From a bacterium (GTDB taxonomy: Bacteria > Desulfobacterota > DSWW01): a DNA stretch of 64,000 bases. Position numbers and translations under genes: made by a program. The stretch is from NCBI GenBank assembly GCA_040756235.1, contig JBFLZG010000084.1:42316-106315 (forward strand), read 5' to 3'. The notes under the pieces were generated by a model. The model ran no database searches. It saw nothing but the letters and a program-made list of their open reading frames with translations, and was not told the DNA's origin. This document shows, piece after piece, positions 18,104 through 26,766 of the stretch (its first letter is position 1; each line of letters begins with the position of its first letter).

Positions 18104-19204
18104 ATGAAGGTTACGTTGAGCGTGATCAAGGCGGATATCGGCAGCGTGGGGGGCCACATCTGTCCGAGCAAGGCCCTGGTCGGCCGGGTCCAGGAATTCC
18201 TGCGGGAGAACGCCCGGGGGATGCTGATCGATTTCAACGTGAGCCACACCGGCGACGATATCGCCATCCTGTGCACCCACGAGCACGGCACCTCCAGCGA
18301 AAAGGTCCACAAGCTCGCCTGGGATACCTTCGTCGCCGGCACTCAGGTCGCCAAGAAGCAAGGCCTGTACGGAGCCGGCCAGGACCTGCTCAAGGATTCC
18401 TTCTCCGGGAACGTCAAGGGAATGGGCCCGGCCGTGGCGGAAATGACCTTCGAGGAGCGGCCGAACGAGCCTTTCCTGTTCTTTGCAGCGGACAAGACCG
18501 ACCCCGGCGCGTACAGCCTTCCTCTCTATCTGGCTTTTGCCGACCCCATGCACTGTTCCGGCCTGATCCTGTCGCCCAAGATGGCGGCCGGGTTCAAGTT
18601 CACCATCATGGACGTCAATTGCACGGAGGCGGACCGCGTGATCGAGCTCAACGCGCCCGAGGAGCTGTACGACATCGCCGCCCTTCTCAGGGACCCCGAA
18701 CGCTTTGTCGTCGAAAGCATCCACTCGAGGACCGACGGCGAGATCGCGGTCTCCGTGAGCACGACGAGACTTCACAACATCGCAGGCAAGTACGTGGGCA
18801 AGGACGACCCGGTGGCGCTGGCCCGCGTACAGGGCAACTTCCCGGCCACGGGCGAGGTCGTTTCCCCCTTCACCGTAGCGCCCTTCGTGGCCGGGTTCAT
18901 GCGGGGCAGCCACAATGGGCCGCTCATGCCGGTCAAGAGGAACTGCTGCATCTCCTATTTCGACGGGCCGCCGGTCGTGAGCTGCACCGCCTTCTGCGTC
19001 CGGGAGGGCGTGCTGACCGAGCCGGTGGATGCCTTCGATCACCCGCTCTGGGACCACGTGCGGATGGAGGTATCCCGCAAAGCGATCGAGTTGCGCAAAC
19101 AGGGATTCTTCGGAGCGGCGATGCTGCCTTACAGCGAGCTCGAGTACGGCGGGATCGTGGACAAGATGGCCAAGCTGGACAAGAAGTTCCGGCTCCGAAA
19201 GTGA
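18104..19204 (+). CDS. fbp: Bifunctional fructose-1,6-bisphosphate aldolase/phosphatase (class V FBPase)
   Basis: IKADIGSVGGH, GDDIA, GLYGAGQDLL, GNVKGMGP, YVGKDDP, MRGSH and ELEY signatures. Confidence 0.96.
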   Translation: MKVTLSVIKADIGSVGGHICPSKALVGRVQEFLRENARGMLIDFNVSHTGDDIAILCTHEHGTSSEKVHKLAWDTFVAGTQVAKKQGLYGAGQDLLKDSFSGNVKGMGPAVAEMTFEERPNEPFLFFAADKTDPGAYSLPLYLAFADPMHCSGLILSPKMAAGFKFTIMDVNCTEADRVIELNAPEELYDIAALLRDPERFVVESIHSRTDGEIAVSVSTTRLHNIAGKYVGKDDPVALARVQGNFPATGEVVSPFTVAPFVAGFMRGSHNGPLMPVKRNCCISYFDGPPVVSCTAFCVREGVLTEPVDAFDHPLWDHVRMEVSRKAIELRKQGFFGAAMLPYSELEYGGIVDKMAKLDKKFRLRK

Positions 19205-19343
19205 GGCGTCCGCCGGGTGCCGGGGATGCCGATGTCCCTGGCCCGCTTTTCTTTCCTATCAACGCGAGCATACGGTCGCTCGAATCCCGCTTCCTCACGA
19301 CAGCTGGCGGCGGCGTCCCGCAACAGCCTGCCAGGAGATCGCC

Positions 19344-20447
19344 ATGCCTCGAAAGATGACCGGCAAGGAGCGCATCCTCAAGGCCCTGGACAGAGGCGAG
19401 CCGGACCGGGTCCCGGTGTTCGAGATGGCCCTGAACGAAGCGAGCATCGTGGGGGTGGGGAAGCACTTCACCGAAAACGTCCCCCCCGTCCGGCACCTCT
19501 CCGACATGACCCTGGAGGAGCAGCTCCGGTACATGGACCTGCTTTCCCTCATCCTGAAGGCGCTCGGCAACGACGGGATCTCCACGGTCCTGATCTTCCG
19601 GAAGGAGAGGGCAGGGGACAAGCTGGTCAGGGACAAGTTCGGCACGGTGTACCGGCTCTCCGAGGTGGGGGAGCCCATTCCGGTCGGAGGCCCGGTCCGG
19701 GAAGCGGCGGACATCCGCAAGCTGCTGCCGATGGAGCCGGATCCGCTCGACTTCGCCATGCTCCAGTATCTCATCCATACCATGGGCAAGGACGTGGCGC
19801 ACTTCTTCACGCTGCCCGGACCTTTCCGCTTCTCCTGGCAGCTTCGGGGCGGCATGGAAAAGCTGCTGCTCGACTACATGCGCAATCCGGGCCTGGTGCT
19901 CGAACTGGCCAGGATCACGACCGACTTTTGCCTCGCTGCCATCGAGATGGCGGCAGGTGCAGGCGCGAACGTCGTCGTGCTCGAAGGAGACCTGGCGTTC
20001 AACACCAACACGCTCATGAACCCGGACCAGTACCGGAGGTTCGTCAAGCCCTTCCATGAGGAGATCGTCCGTTTCTGCCACGGCAAGGGTCTGAGGGCCG
20101 TCAAGCATTCGGACGGAAACCTCTGGCCGATTCTCGAGGACCTGGTGGAGGTGGGGTTCGACGGAATTCACCCCATTCAGCCGCAGTGCATGGATATCGG
20201 CCAGGTCAAGGACCGGCTGCAGGGCAGAGCCGCAGTGATCGGAAACATCGACTGCAGTTTCCTGCTGCCTTTCGGCTCCGTGGACGAGGTGGAAGCGGCG
20301 GTGAAGGAGACCATTCGGGCCGCTGCCCCGGGCGGCGGCTACATCATCAGCTCTTCCAACTCGATCCACCCGGGCGTGAAGCCGGAGAACTATGTCGCCA
20401 TGGTCCGGGCGGCCCGGAAATACGGAGCTTATCCCATCGGTTTCTGA
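19344..20447 (+). CDS. Uroporphyrinogen decarboxylase-fold protein (MtaA/CmuA-like corrinoid methyltransferase)
   Basis: MTGKERI...PDRVPVF; KHSDGN; GNID; GGGYIISSSNSI; adjacent to a corrinoid protein. Confidence 0.88.
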   Translation: MPRKMTGKERILKALDRGEPDRVPVFEMALNEASIVGVGKHFTENVPPVRHLSDMTLEEQLRYMDLLSLILKALGNDGISTVLIFRKERAGDKLVRDKFGTVYRLSEVGEPIPVGGPVREAADIRKLLPMEPDPLDFAMLQYLIHTMGKDVAHFFTLPGPFRFSWQLRGGMEKLLLDYMRNPGLVLELARITTDFCLAAIEMAAGAGANVVVLEGDLAFNTNTLMNPDQYRRFVKPFHEEIVRFCHGKGLRAVKHSDGNLWPILEDLVEVGFDGIHPIQPQCMDIGQVKDRLQGRAAVIGNIDCSFLLPFGSVDEVEAAVKETIRAAAPGGGYIISSSNSIHPGVKPENYVAMVRAARKYGAYPIGF

Positions 20448-20474
20448 AGAGGTTCCACCGCGGGGGCGACGGCC

Positions 20475-21110
20475 ATGAAGGCAGAATTGACCAGACTGGG
20501 GGATGCCCTTCTCGCAGGCAACGTCGAGGAAGTGCGGCGCCTCACGCAAGAGGCCCTGAGGCTGGGCGTCCCACCTCAGGCGATCCTGGACACGGGCATG
20601 CGGCCCGCCATGGAACGTCTGGGGGAACGGTTCTCGGCAGGGCTCGCCTATCTGCCCGAGCTGCTCCTGGCGGCGGACACGATGAAGGAAGGCATGGAGG
20701 TGCTGCGGCCCGCGGTGCTGCGCGGCGAAGTCAGGCCCGAGGCGACTCTCCTCATCGGCACCGTCGAGGGGGATATTCACGACATCGGCAAGAACCTGGT
20801 CCGGATGATGTTCGAAGGCGGGGGCTTCCGGGTGATCGATCTCGGGATCGACGTCACCTGTGAAGGTTTCGTCGAGGCTTATCGCAGGGAGCAGCCGGAC
20901 TTGGTGGGCCTGTCGGCTCTTCTGACCACCACGATCGGTCAGATGGAAAAAGTGATCCGCCTGATCCGCGCGGAAGACCCTCGAGCCAGGGTCCTCGTGG
21001 GCGGCGCGCCGGTCCGGCAGGCCTTCGCCGATCGGATCGGAGCCAGCGGATACGCGCCGGATGCTGCCGCCGCCGTGAAGGTGGGAAGAAGCCTTCTGGG
21101 TCTCGGATAG
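20475..21110 (+). CDS. Corrinoid (B12-binding) protein, MtaC/MttC-like
   Basis: Cap domain plus GDIHDIGKNLV, SALLTTT and VGGAP. Confidence 0.93.
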   Translation: MKAELTRLGDALLAGNVEEVRRLTQEALRLGVPPQAILDTGMRPAMERLGERFSAGLAYLPELLLAADTMKEGMEVLRPAVLRGEVRPEATLLIGTVEGDIHDIGKNLVRMMFEGGGFRVIDLGIDVTCEGFVEAYRREQPDLVGLSALLTTTIGQMEKVIRLIRAEDPRARVLVGGAPVRQAFADRIGASGYAPDAAAAVKVGRSLLGLG

Positions 21111-21292
21111 AGCCTGTGCCGAAAGCCCGGCCTGGAGGTTGTCGCCTGCCCCGCGGATGTCGGAGAACGGCCACACGGCTGTCGTCCTGGACCGTCACGT
21201 GAGCGTTGACAGCCCGGCGGCGGACCCGGGCCGACGGGCCCTGTCCCCTAGGAAATCAGCCGCCTGGATCGCTACAACCTTCCGTCCTCACC

Positions 21293-21308
21293 TGGCATCT
21301 GAATTGCT
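21293..21308 (+). promoter_or_regulatory. Sigma54 -24/-12 promoter
   Basis: TGGCATCTGAATTGCT; supports a start at 21391 rather than 21139. Confidence 0.65.
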
Positions 21309-21390
21309 GTCTCGTGTGGTCTCGTCCGTTTTTCCTTCTTCCCTCCTTGCTCATCATGGGTCTGCTGATCGAAAGCGGGGTCGCGAGCCC

Positions 21391-21969
21391 GTGGGACAGG
21401 TCATTCCATTTCCCCCCCGACGGAAATCGGACCTGGAATCCGGAGGCAATGGAGGCCGGGGACCGCACAAGGTCCTTGCGCCGAGCATGACTCTGGAGGA
21501 ACAACTGGACGGCTTCCTGGATCGCATCGGCACCCCCTGCCCCGGAGCGGGGCCGGCGCAGTCGGGAAGGGCGCCGCAGCGTGCGGCTAACATCCGCCGG
21601 CTCCTCGCGCTACGACCGCCGGGATTGCTGGTCTTCTGCAACACCGTTTTCGATAACGGCAGCCGCGCCGTCCCCTGGGGGGACGTGTTCGCTTTGACCG
21701 ATCCGCCCGACACCTACCGTTACATCTTCACCGTCTACACCCGGAGCTATGTCCGGTACTGCGCGAGGTGCCGCGGCGAGAAGATCCGAGAATCCGACGA
21801 GAACATCATCCTGGCCGTGCCCGCACTGACCAACTGCGACGTCCTGGCAGCCGCGAGAAGGTGGATCGATCTCTACCAGCCCGGGCTCCAGGGGGTGACC
21901 GTTCGCCTGGAAGATCCGGATACGGTCCTGGAGATGGTCTCGAGGTCGATCGACGAAGGCATCTTCTGA
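21391..21969 (+). CDS. Hypothetical protein
   Basis: GTG start (MGQVIPFP); the C-terminal half has a CxxC (CARC). Start uncertain. Confidence 0.6.
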   Translation: MGQVIPFPPRRKSDLESGGNGGRGPHKVLAPSMTLEEQLDGFLDRIGTPCPGAGPAQSGRAPQRAANIRRLLALRPPGLLVFCNTVFDNGSRAVPWGDVFALTDPPDTYRYIFTVYTRSYVRYCARCRGEKIRESDENIILAVPALTNCDVLAAARRWIDLYQPGLQGVTVRLEDPDTVLEMVSRSIDEGIF

Positions 21970-22129
21970 CCGGAGGCCGTTATCGGTTTCCAGTTGCCGG
22001 CTATCAGCCGCAAGAGGGACAAGCCGACAGCCCCTGCCGAGCGCGACATTTTGTTTGACACTTCGAACCCGCACCCCCTAGACTGCCGGTGAAACTTACT
22101 CTTTCATGGGCATGGGACAGGAGGCCGCC

Positions 22130-23185
22130 ATGGGTCAGGACGTATATCTGAGGCTGCGGGAGTTCCTCGACAAAATGCCCGGGAGCTACCCGGCGACCGA
22201 GAGCGGGGTGGAGCTCAAGATCCTCAAGAAGCTCTTCACTCCGGAACAGGCCGAGATCACGATGCAGCTCAGTCCGCTCCCCGAGACCGCTGCAGCCGTC
22301 GCGGCCAGGATCGGGACGGATGCGGCCGCGCTGGCAGCGAGACTCGAGGGCATGGCGAGGGAAGGGCTCATCCTGCGGATCCGCGCCGGCGAGGACGCGC
22401 TCTATGCTCCGGTCTCCTTCGTGGTCGGAATCTACGAGTTTCACCTGAATACGCTCGACCGCGAATTGTGCGAGCTTTTCGAGGAATACCTGCCTCACCT
22501 GGGGGAGGTGTGGAAGTCGATCAAGACCAAGCCTCTAAGGGTCGTGCCGATTCATTCGGCCCTGCCGGAAGGGCACGCGGTGGCGACCTACGAGCAGGTC
22601 CGCGAGCTCATCAAGGACAAACAATTGATTTCCGTGGGCCCATGCATCTGCCGGAAGGAGCAGTCTCTGGTCGGAGGCAAGTGCGACCGGCCTTCGGAAC
22701 GGTGCCTGTCGTTCGACATGGTCGCGCAGTACTACATAGAGAACGGGATGAGCCGTCCGATCAGCCGCGAGGAGCTCATGGGCTTCCTGAAGATGGGAGA
22801 AGATCAGGCCCTCGTCCTCTGCCCCACGAATGCCAAAGAGATCATGAACATATGCCTCTGCTGCGGATGCTGCTGCGGGCTCCTGAGGACCTTGAAGAAG
22901 TTCGATCGACCCGCGGATCACGTGTTGAACCCGTTCCAGGCGAGGATCGATCCGGAGGCGTGCACGGCCTGCGGTCTTTGCCAGGACAGGTGCCAGGTCG
23001 ATGCCATTCGCGAGGCGGGCAACGTGGTCGAGGTGAACACCGGCCGCTGCATCGGCTGCGGTCTGTGCGTGCCGACCTGCCCTGCGGAAGCCATCTCAAT
23101 GGTCGAAAAGGCCGAACCGGTTTCGATCCCGAACGATTTCATCGAGATGAACCTGCGGACTTTGCAGGAGCGAGGGCTGGTCTAG
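22130..23185 (+). CDS. 4Fe-4S dicluster-domain protein with N-terminal winged helix
   Basis: AGGAGG RBS; CICR...C...C; ICLCCGCCC; two CxxCxxCxxxC-type motifs. Upstream TTGACA-18-TAGACT at 22055-22084. Confidence 0.9.
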   Translation: MGQDVYLRLREFLDKMPGSYPATESGVELKILKKLFTPEQAEITMQLSPLPETAAAVAARIGTDAAALAARLEGMAREGLILRIRAGEDALYAPVSFVVGIYEFHLNTLDRELCELFEEYLPHLGEVWKSIKTKPLRVVPIHSALPEGHAVATYEQVRELIKDKQLISVGPCICRKEQSLVGGKCDRPSERCLSFDMVAQYYIENGMSRPISREELMGFLKMGEDQALVLCPTNAKEIMNICLCCGCCCGLLRTLKKFDRPADHVLNPFQARIDPEACTACGLCQDRCQVDAIREAGNVVEVNTGRCIGCGLCVPTCPAEAISMVEKAEPVSIPNDFIEMNLRTLQERGLV

Positions 23186-23460
23186 GAGCCTGTCCAAGAA
23201 TTCGGCTCCGGGAGGCTGTTCAGAAATGTCCAGATGCAAGGCGCGCGACCAATTCCGCAGGACAGCGGAATTGGTCGCATCATCCGCCAGGATGATGCGA
23301 CCGCAGGGCGAGGGCCATGGACGGCCCGAGTCAAATCCTGAGGAATGAGGCGTACATGGGAGTACGCCGCAATGACCCCGGCTTTCGCCGGGGCAGGCTG
23401 CCCCAGGACCTCCACGCCGCATGAGCGCAACGCCGCAGATGGGCATTTATGGACAGCCTC
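23186..23460 (+). repeat. MITE-like repeat, copy 2, with nested hairpins and flanking CTAG
   Basis: CTAG at 23182-23185 and 23461-23464; ends GAGCCTGTCC...GGACAGCCTC; extra internal palindromes. Confidence 0.85.
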
Positions 23461-23508
23461 CTAGGCGGGCGTTGAACGTGGCCCATCGCGGGGACTGTTG
23501 CGGGCGAA

Positions 23509-23589
23509 GCGAAGTCGGAGATTGCGAGGCTTTGCGAAGTCGGAGATTGCGAGGCTTTGCGAAGTCGGAGATTGCGAGGCTTTGCGAAG
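23509..23589 (+). repeat. 25-bp tandem repeat (3 full units plus a partial)
   Basis: GCGAAGTCGGAGATTGCGAGGCTTT repeated exactly, with no spacers. Confidence 0.92.
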
Positions 23590-23663
23590 CAACCCCCCTG
23601 GGTCCGTGCGACGCGCTGAGGTACGCATTCCAACTGAGGGCTGGGTGGCAAGAAGGGGTCGTC

Positions 23664-23993
23664 ATGAAAGAGCTGGACCTGAGGAAGTGGCATCGCAACC
23701 TGGGGATCTTCCTGGCTCTGCTGATTCTGATTCAGGCAGGGTCCGGCCTGGTGATGACGCTCGCAGAGGAGTCGTCGCACGCCCATGCCGACTCCGAATC
23801 TGAGCCCCTGGGCGAAGAGGAAGGGGCGGAGCCCGCGTGGCTCGAATTTCTCGAGGGCATTCATACTGAAGGAGGCACGGTCGGCTATGCTTACCGACTC
23901 CTGGTGGGACTCGGGCTCATGGTCGTAGCCGTTACCGGCATCTGGATCTTTGTCAAAATTCAAGTGAGGCAGAGAGCGGCGGGCCGCCGCTGA
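23664..23993 (+). CDS. PepSY-associated TM-helix small membrane protein
   Basis: RKWHRNLG...SG TM1; IHTEG; TM2 ending VTGIWI. Confidence 0.75.
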   Translation: MKELDLRKWHRNLGIFLALLILIQAGSGLVMTLAEESSHAHADSESEPLGEEEGAEPAWLEFLEGIHTEGGTVGYAYRLLVGLGLMVVAVTGIWIFVKIQVRQRAAGRR

Positions 23994-24005
23994 GCCTGGC
24001 TCGTG

Positions 24006-24437
24006 TCATTCCTGACCCGGCGCTCGCCGGATCTTCTTCGATGGCACGCTCGGGGTGTTGCGCTTCCCTCGTCTCCCCGCTCCGGGCACGACGCCGAAGC
24101 GGGGATCGTCCAGGGCGATCCGCTCCACCAGCCTGGAGGCCGCCCCCTCGAAATCCTCGATCCTCTCCGGAAGGTAGAGCCATTTCCCGAGCACCGGGTG
24201 CACCACCAGCTCCGGGTATTCCTGGAGCAACGAGTCGTGGCTGCCTCTGTCGGTGGGCACGAGGAGCCCCTGCCAGGGCTCGCCCCGATCGGCCAGAACG
24301 AGGACGAGGCGGCCGAACAGGTAACAGGCCCGGCAGCCGAACATCGACTTTTCCAGGTAAGACGGCTCCTCGATTATAGGCTCCACCACCCAGCGCAGCG
24401 AGTGGGGCTCGAACGACTCTCCATCGGATCGGAACAT
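24006..24437 (-). CDS. Hypothetical protein (TfoX N-terminal-like)
   Basis: KSMFGCRACYLFGRLVLVL and HPVLGKWLYL. Confidence 0.65.
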   Translation of the reverse strand: MFRSDGESFEPHSLRWVVEPIIEEPSYLEKSMFGCRACYLFGRLVLVLADRGEPWQGLLVPTDRGSHDSLLQEYPELVVHPVLGKWLYLPERIEDFEGAASRLVERIALDDPRFGVVPGAGRRGKRNTPSVPSKKIRRAPGQE

Positions 24438-24596
24438 GTTCCACCTCCGGCAAACAAATCTCGTCGACGGTCGATCTTGAAGATAAGCATAGATGCGGCA
24501 GGTCTCATCTTCAATCGCCTTCCCGGAAGGCGTATGCTCTTGTCCTCAAAGGATCGGCGGTTCGCCGGCGCGTTTCCTCCGTTTGCGGGGTCGCCC

Positions 24597-25514
24597 ATGG
24601 AGCTCTACAAAGGGTTTCATTTCCTCCAGGTGCACAAGACGGGCGTGGTGGACTCTTCGAGCCTTCTGGCCATCCGCGATGGGAAAGGTTTGTCCTGCGT
24701 CGAGATCGGCGGCGGGGGCGAGCCCAACATCCGTCAGACCCGGAGGCTGTTCGCAGAGGAGGGTCTCGAGATCGAGGACCTCCACACGGTGATCATCTCC
24801 CACACCCACGCGGACCACATGGGCGCCATCGCGCACTTTCGCGAACGGCTGCCGGGGCTCCGCGTCGTGGACCACGAGACGGATGCGCCGTACCTGCGTG
24901 ACAACACCCTGCTGGAGCGGATCTTCGATGCGGACCTGGTGGCCCGGTACTTCCCCGGGAAACGCTTCAGCATCCTGGATTTCTACGCCGCCTTCTGCCC
25001 GATCAGCGAGACCACGCCGGACCGGACCGTCACGGCAGGGGAGGTCCTGGCCTGCGGGGACTTCCGCTTCGAGGTGATCCACACACCGGGGCACCATCCC
25101 GGGCACATCTCCCTGTTCGAGCGCAGCCTGGGCGTTCTTTTCGTGGGCGACATGGTGGGCCTGGAAGTGCCCTTCTACACGCCGAGCTCGGGCGGGGTCG
25201 AAGGATATCTCGGAAGCCTGCGGAAGTATCTGGCCCTGGAGCCGGCTCGCATCATCCCGTCACACGGCGATCTGATCGACCACCCGAGAGAGGCGGTGGA
25301 GGGCGCAGTGAGAAAAGTGGAGCGCCGCGAAGAGAGGCTGCTCGAGGCGCTCAGGCGGGAACCCAGGACCTTCCGCGAGCTCCTGCCGGAGCTCGTCCGC
25401 AGCCCGGCCCAGCACATGTTCCCGGGCGCGGCCATCCTGGCCAGCCACCTGGGGAAGCTCGTCAGGGAAGGAGTCGTCGCGGAGAGCGGAGACGGCCGCT
25501 ACCGGCTCAGCTGA
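24597..25514 (+). CDS. MBL-fold metallo-hydrolase
   Basis: SHTHADHMG, HTPGHHPGH, GD and PSHG motifs. Confidence 0.9.
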   Translation: MELYKGFHFLQVHKTGVVDSSSLLAIRDGKGLSCVEIGGGGEPNIRQTRRLFAEEGLEIEDLHTVIISHTHADHMGAIAHFRERLPGLRVVDHETDAPYLRDNTLLERIFDADLVARYFPGKRFSILDFYAAFCPISETTPDRTVTAGEVLACGDFRFEVIHTPGHHPGHISLFERSLGVLFVGDMVGLEVPFYTPSSGGVEGYLGSLRKYLALEPARIIPSHGDLIDHPREAVEGAVRKVERREERLLEALRREPRTFRELLPELVRSPAQHMFPGAAILASHLGKLVREGVVAESGDGRYRLS

Positions 25515-25571
25515 AGCCGTGGACGCCGCAGACGGACGTTTCGGGACAGCTCCCGCGGGGACCGCCTCCGC

Positions 25572-26708
25572 TCACCTGAAATTTGCCGCGCCCTTCATCA
25601 TCTTCAGGAGGAAGTTCCCCTGGGGGATGAAGTCCTCGCTGCGGACAGCGTTCAGGCGGATCGCCTCCTCGGGGCAGGAGTAGGCGCAGACTCCGCAGCC
25701 GTAGCACCTGGCGCCGTCGATCCGGGCCACTTCGTCCTCTCCCACGGCAATGGCTTTGAAGTTGCAGAGGTCCACGCAGCTCCCGCACCCGGAACAGGAT
25801 TCTGCCTCGACCGCCGCCCGGTAGCGGGACGGCATGGCCATGAACTTGATCCCCCGGTTCACCACCGCGTACAGCACGCCGCAGCAGCACTCGCAGCAAC
25901 TGCAGATGAAGACGAAGCCCTCGGAGGAGTTCCCGGACAGGTGGACCAGCCCGTCCGCCGTGGTCTTCTTGAGCTGCTCCAGCGCTTCCGCCTTGCTGAC
26001 CATGCGGCCGTGCCCCTTCTTCACGACCTGCTCGGCCATCATGTCGAAGGCCATGCAGGCGTCCTCGACCATGTGGCGGCAGTTCTTGCCGTGCGTGCGA
26101 ATGCGGCAGACGCAGGGCTGCAGGCTGATCTGCTGAGCTCCTTCGATGATGCCGGCCACGGTCTCGTAAGGGAGCACGCGGCTCACGTGGTCCACCTCGA
26201 CCGGCTCGTTCACCGGGATCACCCGGAAGATCGTGTCCTCGTTCTCCTTGGCGTGCGTGCTCATCCGGGCGAAGGTGGCGACCATCACTTCCTTGTAGAA
26301 GTTGTCCCACAGCTCGAGAAAGTCCTCGCCGAAGCGCTGCGGGTCGTCCCGGGTGTTGAGGAGCGTCATGTCGTGGAGCAGGAGCATGGAGGTGATCTTG
26401 TACTTGAGGTCCGCCGCCACCAGGTCCGGGAAGGACATGAGGACGCCCTTCTGCTTGAGCACCTTGAGCCGGTTCTTGGTTTCCGCTTCGTTCAGCCCGA
26501 GCCTGTCCGCAGCCCGGGCAAGGGTGTAGGCCTTGCTGCCGAGCCGGACGATGGTGCGGGCTTCGTCCGGCGTCAGGATGCGCTGCAGGATCTCCGGCAG
26601 GTACTTGGTCTCGTCGACGTGCTTCTCGGGCACGTCGAAGGCCATGACGAGCTGCCTGACGAAATCTCGATCGGCCAAATCGAAGGTCTCCGGAGCAGTG
26701 GCTGCCAT
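25572..26708 (-). CDS. 4Fe-4S dicluster-domain protein (paralog of 22130..23185)
   Basis: GGAGG RBS; CVCR...C...C; ICSCCECCC; CSGCGSCVDLC and CYGCGVCAYSCP. Confidence 0.9.
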   Translation of the reverse strand: MAATAPETFDLADRDFVRQLVMAFDVPEKHVDETKYLPEILQRILTPDEARTIVRLGSKAYTLARAADRLGLNEAETKNRLKVLKQKGVLMSFPDLVAADLKYKITSMLLLHDMTLLNTRDDPQRFGEDFLELWDNFYKEVMVATFARMSTHAKENEDTIFRVIPVNEPVEVDHVSRVLPYETVAGIIEGAQQISLQPCVCRIRTHGKNCRHMVEDACMAFDMMAEQVVKKGHGRMVSKAEALEQLKKTTADGLVHLSGNSSEGFVFICSCCECCCGVLYAVVNRGIKFMAMPSRYRAAVEAESCSGCGSCVDLCNFKAIAVGEDEVARIDGARCYGCGVCAYSCPEEAIRLNAVRSEDFIPQGNFLLKMMKGAANFR

Positions 26709-26766
26709 GGGCATCCTCCATCTTGCTTGGGTTGGCAGGATCCCGGGGGGGCGGGGCGCGGGCCCT

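Noticed and set aside
23509..23589. Possible CRISPR array
   Set aside because: Units are directly adjacent with no spacers, and no cas genes are in the window.
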